This document shows positions 8,523 through 16,412 of a stretch of DNA of 47,702 bases, one piece after another (the first letter of the stretch is position 1; each line of letters starts with the position of its first letter). Source of the stretch: a virus. Its lineage: Duplodnaviria; Caudoviricetes. The stretch lies in IMG/VR virus record IMGVR_UViG_3300034341_000353, positions 1 to 47,702 of that record. One strand, given 5' to 3'. The translations under genes and the position numbers were made by a program. The notes beneath the pieces were generated by a model, which did no database searches, was not told where the DNA came from, and worked only from the letters and a program-made list of their open reading frames with translations.

Positions 8523-8917
8523 TGGGTTTTAAACTTAAGAATTTTTCAGACCTTATAGGTATAGACAAAGAAGCTTCCAGTTACGGAACCCCAGTTTTTA
8601 AAAAAGATTTAGAGGGTACTGTAATTGCAGAGGCTAATAATGATGGTACAATATTTGTAGATCATTCAGCAGAAGGTCAGACAAAAGAGGAAGCTATAGC
8701 TCATGAGAAGGTTCACATAGACCAATTAAAAAGTGGACGGTTACAATACACAGATAACTCTTTAACATGGAAAAAGGATACTCGATCTCCTTCTAGAGTA
8801 TATAAAAGAGAAAACGGTAACTTAATAGATACTAAAACAGGTGAATCAAAACCAGAAGGTGATCCTACTTTAGAGTGGGAACGCGAGGCTTATCATCCAG
8901 AACAAACAAAAAAATAA
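8522..8917 (+). CDS. Zincin-like metallopeptidase
   Basis: GTIFVD...AIAHEKVHIDQ (HExxH, 8702-8716) and downstream WEREAY third-ligand motif. Confidence 0.75.
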   Translation: MGFKLKNFSDLIGIDKEASSYGTPVFKKDLEGTVIAEANNDGTIFVDHSAEGQTKEEAIAHEKVHIDQLKSGRLQYTDNSLTWKKDTRSPSRVYKRENGNLIDTKTGESKPEGDPTLEWEREAYHPEQTKK

Positions 8918-8919
8918 AT

Positions 8920-9189
8920 ATGTACAAAGCAACTCCAATAACTTATAGAGCAAAATCAGCACCTACGAAAGCAGACGAGGCTTTAATAGACGGTGCCGCA
9001 GCTTTAGGTGAATCAAAAGCATTTAAAAACTACGGCGATGGAATGGAAGAAAAGTTTTCTAGCTCTGGTGCAGTAAGTGGTCCAGTTGATCACGGAAAAA
9101 ACCAAGAAAAAGAGAACGAAGAAAAAAAGAAAAAAAACCAATCATCAGGTGCTGTAGAAACTGATTCCACAAAAACACCTGAGGTTTAA
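8920..9189 (+). CDS. Small charged protein with PIT tag (putative internal virion protein)
   Basis: Start moved to ATG 8920, after the upstream stop; begins MYKATPITYRAKSAPTK. Confidence 0.6.
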   Translation: MYKATPITYRAKSAPTKADEALIDGAAALGESKAFKNYGDGMEEKFSSSGAVSGPVDHGKNQEKENEEKKKKNQSSGAVETDSTKTPEV

Positions 9190-9208
9190 AACAAATAAAA
9201 CAAACAAT

Positions 9209-10195
9209 ATGCCATCACCAATAACTAGCAGAGTAAAAAGACACCCTTCGTTTGGACCTCTTAAGTCAGATAAAGATCCTAAAGCTAACGCAGAAACTTT
9301 TACAGAAGGTAAAACAGAAACAACAAAAGAAAACGTTGATTCGGAGAAAGTTGAATCAAAGAAGCCTTACGTGGGAGCGGAGAATGATGCATGCTCAGCT
9401 GAATACATTGCAAAAAACGGACGGGCTAAATGTGACGAATACAACGCTTTACCTAAAGATGTAAAGGACAAAGCAAACAAAACAATTACTGAGAAATGCC
9501 CAGAAGGTTCTACTAAAGATGCAGATGGTAATTGTGTAAAAGAAACAAAAACAACTACCCCAGGCTCAAGAGGTGATGTGTATACTGAAACAGAATCAAG
9601 AGTTTTACAGCCTTGGGAAATACGTAGGCTAAATAGATCGGGAAGAATAGCTGATAATAGAATAAGTTCTTCAAGCAGAAGATTATCAAACCTAGGAGCA
9701 ACTCAAGACGCTGAGGGCAATTGGTCTTTACCTGAAGGAGCTAGCGCAAAGCAGACAAGGAAATTTAATAAGTTTAAGTCTAAGTTCGAAAGAAACTCTA
9801 TGCAAAAAGCGAACGTAGATCGTTCGGTAAAATCTGGTAGAGGGGCTGGTGAGTTAATACATTCCGGACAAAGAAAAACAACTCAGTCTGAAATTAATAA
9901 AGATCCTGGTAGTGTTAAGGCGCAAGAAAAATTAAATGCTGATAGAGCCGCTTTTGAAGCAGAGCAAGCGAAACAAGATGCTATTACCAATTCTATTGGT
10001 TCATCAACTAAACCTAAAGCAGAATCAATTGATCCTAATCAAACAAATCCATTTACGGACATGCTGAAGAAGTTTGAAGAGGACAAGCAAAAAGGCAATT
10101 ACACTTTTGGTAAATTTAACGTTGATTCACCTAAGCCGTCTGGTTTATTTGCTAAAAAAGGAGCAATGAAAAAAGGATATTTTAAAGGTAATTAA
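9209..10195 (+). CDS. Lys-rich protein with PIT tag (putative internal virion protein)
   Basis: Begins MPSPITSRVKR...GPLK; contains CPEGSTKDADGNCV; low complexity. Confidence 0.6.
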   Translation: MPSPITSRVKRHPSFGPLKSDKDPKANAETFTEGKTETTKENVDSEKVESKKPYVGAENDACSAEYIAKNGRAKCDEYNALPKDVKDKANKTITEKCPEGSTKDADGNCVKETKTTTPGSRGDVYTETESRVLQPWEIRRLNRSGRIADNRISSSSRRLSNLGATQDAEGNWSLPEGASAKQTRKFNKFKSKFERNSMQKANVDRSVKSGRGAGELIHSGQRKTTQSEINKDPGSVKAQEKLNADRAAFEAEQAKQDAITNSIGSSTKPKAESIDPNQTNPFTDMLKKFEEDKQKGNYTFGKFNVDSPKPSGLFAKKGAMKKGYFKGN

Positions 10196-10197
10196 TT

Positions 10198-10602
10198 ATG
10201 GCATATATACAGAGACCAAAATCAACCTGCCTTAAAAAAGCGCTTACTGGAAATCAAAGTAATTTACCGCAATTTCTACAAGACGAGATTAAAGCAGCTT
10301 CGCCAGCTAAGAAAAAAGGAGGAGCACCTTCTCGTAAAAAGTCCAAGGGTTATTACAATGAAGTTAGATCCAAATCAAAAGAAGGAGCAGCTGCAGGAGG
10401 TGGTATGACACAGGCAGGCGTTAATAAATACAAAAAAGACAACCCAGGCAGCAAACTTAAAACTGCTGTTACTAACTGTAAAGCCAAGGTAGGTACAAAG
10501 CCTTATAAAAGACAAAAAGCGTTTTGCTCTAGGTCTAAAAGCTGGAATGGTGAAAGAGGTCGAGCAGCAAGAAGAAGATGGTGCTGCAGTCGATTTAGCT
10601 AA
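10198..10602 (+). CDS. Small basic protein (GGMTxxG...NPGSKLK...FCxR family)
   Basis: Motif recalled from small basic proteins of marine phages (DUF6321-like); contains SPAKK. Confidence 0.6.
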   Translation: MAYIQRPKSTCLKKALTGNQSNLPQFLQDEIKAASPAKKKGGAPSRKKSKGYYNEVRSKSKEGAAAGGGMTQAGVNKYKKDNPGSKLKTAVTNCKAKVGTKPYKRQKAFCSRSKSWNGERGRAARRRWCCSRFS

Positions 10603-10613
10603 AATATAATATT

Positions 10614-10769
10614 ATGGAATCAAAAGGATTAGGAGACTCAATAGAAAAATTTACAGAAGCAACAGGAATAAAAAAACTTGCGGATAAGATACCCGGAGGA
10701 TGTGGTTGCGAAAAAAGAAAACGAACATTAAATAAATATTTCCCATATAAAAACAAACAAAATGGCTGA
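10614..10769 (+). CDS. Small protein, GLGDxIEKFT...CGC family (51 aa, not in ORF track)
   Basis: Translated by hand: MESKGLGDSIEKFTEATGIKKLADKIPGGCGCEKRKRTLNKYFPYKNKQNG; fills the gap between neighbours. Confidence 0.75.
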   Translation: MESKGLGDSIEKFTEATGIKKLADKIPGGCGCEKRKRTLNKYFPYKNKQNG

Positions 10770-11736
10770 ATCAAAAAAGAGCGGGTATAGTTGCCAACCA
10801 GTTACCGCTAAGATAAAAAGAACAACACAAGGCGGAATGAAAGCAGAACAACCATTACTAGGCAGTTATGCACCGGTTCAAATGAACAGTCCGGCTAAAG
10901 GAAAAATCGGAACGATTTATAATGCAGGTAAAAAATTCGTTACCAAAGGAGCGCAAAAATTATCTCAAAAGGGAGGTGCCAAAGCACAAAAGCTTCTAGG
11001 TGACGGGTATACACCGTTTACCGAGGTAAGTAGCAAGTTAGGAACTGGAGGCGTTTCGAAAGGGTTAAACGCAGCTTCAAAAAGCGGCGCAAGAAAATTC
11101 CTTACAAAAGCTTTTAAAGTTGGAAAAGGGTTAGGTAAACTTGCTCTGTACGGAGGAGCGGGAGCTGTAATATCTAATCTATTTAGAGGTGATACAACGC
11201 CTGAAACAAAACCCCAGGTTACCCCAGCGCCGACACCCAAACCTACAAAAAAGCCTTATGTTAAACCAGGAGGTAAAGCTACAGGTAACATGAGAGACTA
11301 CAAAATAGGTAGTGCTGAAAGATACAATGAATACGAAGCTAGAGGCTGGAAACAGGACGCTACTACTAAAGGTGGAGAGCCAAGAAAGAAAGTAAAAGTA
11401 GCAACCACTATGAAGCCAGAAGGTGTTAAGACTATTAAACCCAAAATAGAAGCACCTAAAATTTCTATTGAAACAAAAGTTCCAACTAGCAACCCAAGCA
11501 CAAAAGATAAATTTGTTGCTAAAAAGAAAGCAAAAGCAGGGGGTAGAAAAACAAGTAAAGCCGCTGATAAAGAAAAGCAAGCTAAGCAAGCTTTAGCAGA
11601 AGGCAACACAAGAAAAGCTGCTAGAAAGCAAAGATCAGCAGATAGAAAAACAAGAAAAGCTAAAAAGAAGTTTTCACAAGCAGCTGGAGCAATAGGAGTA
11701 TCATCACCAGCGCCAAAAAAGAAAACAAAAAAATAA
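10762..11736 (+). CDS. Very basic protein with PVT/SPAK tags (putative DNA-condensing or ejected protein)
   Basis: QPVTAKIKR, NSPAKGK, hydrophobic GLGKLALYGGAGAVI segment and Lys-rich C-terminus. Confidence 0.6.
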   Translation: MAESKKSGYSCQPVTAKIKRTTQGGMKAEQPLLGSYAPVQMNSPAKGKIGTIYNAGKKFVTKGAQKLSQKGGAKAQKLLGDGYTPFTEVSSKLGTGGVSKGLNAASKSGARKFLTKAFKVGKGLGKLALYGGAGAVISNLFRGDTTPETKPQVTPAPTPKPTKKPYVKPGGKATGNMRDYKIGSAERYNEYEARGWKQDATTKGGEPRKKVKVATTMKPEGVKTIKPKIEAPKISIETKVPTSNPSTKDKFVAKKKAKAGGRKTSKAADKEKQAKQALAEGNTRKAARKQRSADRKTRKAKKKFSQAAGAIGVSSPAPKKKTKK

Positions 11737-11742
11737 AACAAT

Positions 11743-12498
11743 ATGAAAGCTAGCCCGATTACTTCAAGAATAAGAAACCAGAAAGCAACTCCAGTTAAGG
11801 TAGATGGAGGCACTTCTGAGAATAAAGCGACGGAAGGATCGGGTATGCAATCAGATAAGCCTGAGGAAAAAAGCTGGGGTAATATTATAGGACACGGTGT
11901 ATTAGATGTTGTAGGGCTAATTCCAGGTGTTGGAGAGATAGCAGATGGTATTAACGCGGGTTGGTACGCAGCTGAAGGAGATTATAAAAACGCTGCTTTA
12001 TCTGCTGCTGCAATGGTTCCATTTGCGGGTTGGGGAGCTACCGCCACTAAAGTGGGAATGAAAATAGCACCTAAAGCCACAAAGGTAATTAAAGGCACTA
12101 CGCAAGCTGCTAAAAAATCAAAGATTTTAAACAATAAAGTTGGTAGGACTGTTACAGGAGAGGCCGGTAGATTTTTAGACAAGCCAACTAAGTACGCAAG
12201 AACATGGAGGGGTACTGATCAGGCTATTAATAAAGCCCTTTCAGACGACAGTGGTAAAAAAAATGGCAAAATTGCAATGAACAACAATAAGCCTAATGTC
12301 TCAATTAATAAAAACCTAGGTTCAAACAGAGTAGCGCAAGGATCATCCTCTTGGAAAAGAGCGGTGGCTAACAATAAATCAGACACATCTTTAACAAACT
12401 TAGTTAAGCAGCGTAATAGCGCTAAGAAAGGCTCAGCAGAATACGCTAAGGCTCAGAACGCTATAAACAAAGCTTACGGGTCTAAAAAGCGTTATTAG
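11743..12498 (+). CDS. PIT-tagged protein with polymorphic-toxin pre-toxin-like helical segment
   Basis: Begins MKASPITSRIR; contains GHGVLDVVGLIPGVGEIADGINAGWYAAEGDYKNAALSAAAMVPFAGW. Confidence 0.6.
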   Translation: MKASPITSRIRNQKATPVKVDGGTSENKATEGSGMQSDKPEEKSWGNIIGHGVLDVVGLIPGVGEIADGINAGWYAAEGDYKNAALSAAAMVPFAGWGATATKVGMKIAPKATKVIKGTTQAAKKSKILNNKVGRTVTGEAGRFLDKPTKYARTWRGTDQAINKALSDDSGKKNGKIAMNNNKPNVSINKNLGSNRVAQGSSSWKRAVANNKSDTSLTNLVKQRNSAKKGSAEYAKAQNAINKAYGSKKRY

Positions 12499-12499
12499 T

Positions 12500-12901
12500 A
12501 TGAAAAAAATATGGGAATGGCTAACTGGTAATGTTATAAAAGAAGTTGGTGATGTTATTGACAAACTTACAACCACTAAAGAAGAAAAGCTTATAATAAA
12601 AAAGCAAATTCAAGAGATATTAGAAAAAGCAGATAACGACGCCCAGAAGCAAGTAACAGCCAGATGGGAATCCGACATGCAGTCAGATAGCCTCCTTTCA
12701 AAAAATATTCGGCCTATGGTACTTATATACTTAACAGTTATATTTACCGTGTGCGCTTTCTTTGATGGCAACATAGGGGAATTCAAAATAGCTGAAGAGT
12801 ATATACCAATATTTCAAACATTATTAGTTACAACCTACGGAGCTTACTTTGTAGGTAGAAGCTGGGAGAAAGGAAAATCAATATCTTCTAAAAATACGTA
12901 A
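12500..12901 (+). CDS. Holin of the 3TM (GTA holin-like) family
   Basis: RWESDMQSDSLLSKNIRP followed by hydrophobic helices and YFVGRSWEK. Confidence 0.75.
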   Translation: MKKIWEWLTGNVIKEVGDVIDKLTTTKEEKLIIKKQIQEILEKADNDAQKQVTARWESDMQSDSLLSKNIRPMVLIYLTVIFTVCAFFDGNIGEFKIAEEYIPIFQTLLVTTYGAYFVGRSWEKGKSISSKNT

Positions 12902-12937
12902 TAAATAAAGTAAGTATTAACAATTAAATCAAATAAA

Positions 12938-13180
12938 ATGGCAAAAAAATTAAAAAAAGACGAACTAACTCAATTACAAGCGGCAGTAAACAAAGTTAAT
13001 CAAGTGCAATTGCAAGTTGGTGGTTTAGAATTACAAAAGCATGAATTGATACACACAATGTCTTCTGCCCAAGCTGAATTAAGCAGTGTGCAGAATATAC
13101 TTAAAGATAAGTATGGAGATATTAGCGTAGATATTAGCACTGGTCAGATAGCTGAGAATGGGGTTGATAAGAAAGATTAG
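12938..13180 (+). CDS. Hypothetical coiled-coil protein
   Basis: 80 aa, heptad pattern, ends with KYGDISVDISTG. Confidence 0.65.
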   Translation: MAKKLKKDELTQLQAAVNKVNQVQLQVGGLELQKHELIHTMSSAQAELSSVQNILKDKYGDISVDISTGQIAENGVDKKD

Positions 13181-13376
13181 TATCGGAAGAGACTATAAAA
13201 ATGATGCCATGCACTACTCTGTTGGACAGGAAGTGTATGGTAATCATATTATAGATAGTATAGTAGAGGAAGAAGATAAGTACTCTATATATATAACAAA
13301 AGCAAAAGAGGTTTTACCTTGGAAAGACTTTAATAAAAATATGGCTATAGCTGTAGAATACAATTTACAGTATTAA
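13158..13376 (+). CDS. Hypothetical protein
   Basis: IRKISIGRDYKNDAMHYSVGQ; coupled to the next gene by TAATG. Confidence 0.7.
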   Translation: MGLIRKISIGRDYKNDAMHYSVGQEVYGNHIIDSIVEEEDKYSIYITKAKEVLPWKDFNKNMAIAVEYNLQY

Positions 13377-13975
13377 TGAAAGGGTTATTTGATTTTATAA
13401 TCGAACCTAAAGACCAAAGATATAATAATGTAAAGCATGTAGACGGAAGCGAGCTTATACTTAATACAGAATTACAAAACCATCAATATGTAAGTCGACA
13501 AGGAATTGTTTTGGCAGAGCCATCAGTCAATGAGACTAATATAAAAAAAGGTGATACAGTAATATTACATCATAATGTTTTTAGACGGTTTAGAGATGTT
13601 AGAGGCAAAGAAAAAAACGGGAAGAGCTATTACTCAGATAATGTGTATATAGTTTCCCCTGATCTTATATTTGCTAAAGTTGAAGGTGACACAATAAAAC
13701 CCCTACCGGGATTTAACTTTGTTAAGCCTATAAAAGAAAATAAAATGTTTTCTATTGATTTTGAAAAACCTTTAATAGGTGTGCTAAAATACAAAGACAC
13801 TAGCTTAAAAGTTATGACCGTTGGTGACTTAGTGGGTTTTAGTCCAGGAACAGAGTATGAGTTTTTAATAGAAAACGAAAAACTATACAGGGTTCCTACT
13901 AATCAAATTACAATTAAATATGAATATCAAGGAGACGAAGAAGAATATAATCCAAGCTGGGCACAAAGCAGTTGA
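13376..13975 (+). CDS. Tandem GroES-like domain protein
   Basis: Two repeats of F(I/V)xP...G(I/V)(V/L)...(K/V)GD(T/L)V, the GroES beta-barrel signature. Confidence 0.55.
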   Translation: MKGLFDFIIEPKDQRYNNVKHVDGSELILNTELQNHQYVSRQGIVLAEPSVNETNIKKGDTVILHHNVFRRFRDVRGKEKNGKSYYSDNVYIVSPDLIFAKVEGDTIKPLPGFNFVKPIKENKMFSIDFEKPLIGVLKYKDTSLKVMTVGDLVGFSPGTEYEFLIENEKLYRVPTNQITIKYEYQGDEEEYNPSWAQSS

Positions 13976-14195
13976 AGAATTAATAAAAGTAGCTAAAGAA
14001 GCTATAGTTGATTCAGACGATGATATTTCAGCAGACAGATTAAAAAACGCAGCGGCTACAAAAAAGTTAGCTATATTTGATGCTTTTGAGATATTAAATA
14101 GAATACAGGAAGAAGAAAATTTATTAGAGGATAAGCCAAAGGAGGACACAAAGCCTAAGGCTTTTAGTGGGTTTGCTGAAAAAAGATCAAGATAA
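13920..14195 (+). CDS. Possible terminase small subunit
   Basis: Helical 91-aa protein immediately upstream of, and coupled to, the large terminase. Confidence 0.4.
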   Translation: MNIKETKKNIIQAGHKAVEELIKVAKEAIVDSDDDISADRLKNAAATKKLAIFDAFEILNRIQEEENLLEDKPKEDTKPKAFSGFAEKRSR

Positions 14196-16408
14196 TGTAT
14201 CAGCAAAATCTATACAGTGTAATAACCCCTATAAAAGAGACTACGATCTCTAGGCTTAATAAAGCTAATAAGTGGGCATACGGGTACAACAAAGAGCACG
14301 ACGTTGTTGTTATAAGTAAAACGGGAAAGATCGGCGAAATATACAATATACAAAACCTTAAAATAGCTTTACCTAAAGCTCCTGCTAAAATCAGTAAAGT
14401 AAATACTGAGTGGACACCAGAGGAGTACCCATCAGAGTTAAAGCAAATACAAAGCGTATTCGATTGGAGAGATTATCCAGATGATTTTAAGGAAAAATGG
14501 GAACCTTATATAGATGAACAATTCAAATACAGAGAAGAAGGCCATTGGTTTAATAATAAAGGCGTGGGCACTTACATTACTGGTACTCACTTTATGTACC
14601 TGCAGTGGTCCAAGATTGACGTTGGGAAGCCAGACTTTAGGGAAGCAAACAGATTATTCTTCATATTCTGGGAGGCATGCAAAGCAGATAAACGTTCTTA
14701 TGGAATGTGCTATCTTAAAAACCGTAGGTCAGGATTCTCTTTTATGTCCTCAGCTGAGACAGTTAACCTTGCAACAATATCCTCGGATTCACGGTTCGGC
14801 TTATTGTCCAAATCTGGTTCCGATGCTAAAAAAATGTTCACAGATAAGATTGTACCAATTTCCGTTAACTACCCATTCTTTTTCAAACCAATCCAGGACG
14901 GTATGGACAGGCCAAAGACCGAGCTTGCCTATAGGATCCCAGCCAGTAGACTCACTAGAAAATCTATACAGAATAAACAAGATCAGGAACTCCTCGAGGG
15001 TCTTGATACCACGATCGACTGGAAGAACACAGGGGATAACTCCTACGATGGGGAAAAACTTAAACTCCTCGTCCATGATGAATCGGGGAAGTGGGAAAGG
15101 CCAGACAACATCCTTAACAACTGGAGGGTCACAAAAACAACATTAAGACTAGGTAGTAGAATTATCGGTAAGTGTATGATGGGTTCAACATCAAACGCTT
15201 TAGATAAAGGAGGAGAAAACTTTAAAAAATTATATAATGATTCTGATGTTTCCAAAAGAAATAGAAATGGACAAACCAAGTCAGGACTCTATTCTTTGTT
15301 CATTCCTATGGAATGGAATTACGAAGGATTCATTGACTCTTTTGGGATGCCTGTCTTCGACACCCCATCAGAACATTGTGAGGACCACAATGGAGACATT
15401 ATTGACGTCGGGGTAGTTGAGCATTGGAATAATGAAGCTGAAGGATTAAAAAGCGATCAGGACGCTTTAAATGAGTTTTATAGGCAGTTTCCTAGAACAG
15501 AGGAACACGCTTTTAGAGATGAAACAAAAAACAGTATATTTAATTTAGTTAAAATATACGAACAAATAGATTATAACGAGGACTTAGCTAATTCAGCAGT
15601 GGTTACAACGGGTAGCTTTTCTTGGGAAAATGGTATAAAAGACAGTAAAGTTAAATTTACACCAAACCCAAATGGGAGGTTTAAAGTTAGCTGGATACCC
15701 TCAGCTAGCATTCAAAATAATCAATTTATAAAGAATGGTAGAAAATCACCAGGTAACGAACATATAGGTGCGTTTGGTTGTGACAGTTACGATATATCCG
15801 GAACAACAGACGGAAGGGGGTCTAAAGGCGCTTTACACGGATTAACTAAGTTTAGTTTAGAAGATCACCCGCCTAATGCTTTCTTTTTAGAATATGTAGC
15901 AAGACCTCAAACAGCTGAAATGTTTTTTGAAGATGTGTTAATGGCTTGTGTTTTTTACGGTATGCCTTTATTGTGCGAAAATAATAAGCCGCGTCTTTTG
16001 TATTATTTTAAAAGAAGAGGGTACAGAGGGTACTCAATGAATAGGCCAGACAAGGTATGGAATAAGCTATCTGTAGCAGAAAAAGAAATAGGGGGAATAC
16101 CTAATTCAAGTGAGGACATAAAGCAGGCACACGCTGCGGCTATAGAATCATATATAGACCAATATATAGGGTTAAAATCAGACGGTCAATATGGCAATAT
16201 GTATTTTAACGAAACCTTAAACGATTGGGCTAAATTCGATATAAATAAAAGAACAAAGTTTGATGCGGCTATAAGTTCAGGTTTAGCTATAATGGCTTGT
16301 AATAAAAATCTATATAAGCCGGTTGCGCAAATGCAAAAAAGAAAGTTAAATTTAAAAATAGCTAAATACACCAATAGCGGTGCATTTTCGAAATTAATAG
16401 AAAAATAA
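14195..16408 (+). CDS. terL: Terminase large subunit
   Basis: Walker A-like LKNRRSGFS, Walker B LLVHDESGKW, motif III GSTSN, RNase H-like FGCDSYD and FDAAISSG. Confidence 0.92.
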   Translation: MYQQNLYSVITPIKETTISRLNKANKWAYGYNKEHDVVVISKTGKIGEIYNIQNLKIALPKAPAKISKVNTEWTPEEYPSELKQIQSVFDWRDYPDDFKEKWEPYIDEQFKYREEGHWFNNKGVGTYITGTHFMYLQWSKIDVGKPDFREANRLFFIFWEACKADKRSYGMCYLKNRRSGFSFMSSAETVNLATISSDSRFGLLSKSGSDAKKMFTDKIVPISVNYPFFFKPIQDGMDRPKTELAYRIPASRLTRKSIQNKQDQELLEGLDTTIDWKNTGDNSYDGEKLKLLVHDESGKWERPDNILNNWRVTKTTLRLGSRIIGKCMMGSTSNALDKGGENFKKLYNDSDVSKRNRNGQTKSGLYSLFIPMEWNYEGFIDSFGMPVFDTPSEHCEDHNGDIIDVGVVEHWNNEAEGLKSDQDALNEFYRQFPRTEEHAFRDETKNSIFNLVKIYEQIDYNEDLANSAVVTTGSFSWENGIKDSKVKFTPNPNGRFKVSWIPSASIQNNQFIKNGRKSPGNEHIGAFGCDSYDISGTTDGRGSKGALHGLTKFSLEDHPPNAFFLEYVARPQTAEMFFEDVLMACVFYGMPLLCENNKPRLLYYFKRRGYRGYSMNRPDKVWNKLSVAEKEIGGIPNSSEDIKQAHAAAIESYIDQYIGLKSDGQYGNMYFNETLNDWAKFDINKRTKFDAAISSGLAIMACNKNLYKPVAQMQKRKLNLKIAKYTNSGAFSKLIEK

Positions 16409-16412
16409 ATAT

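Noticed and set aside
14514-15146. 210-aa alternative-frame ORF inside terL
   Set aside because: No recognisable motifs and it lies wholly within the conserved ATPase region; probably a shadow ORF.
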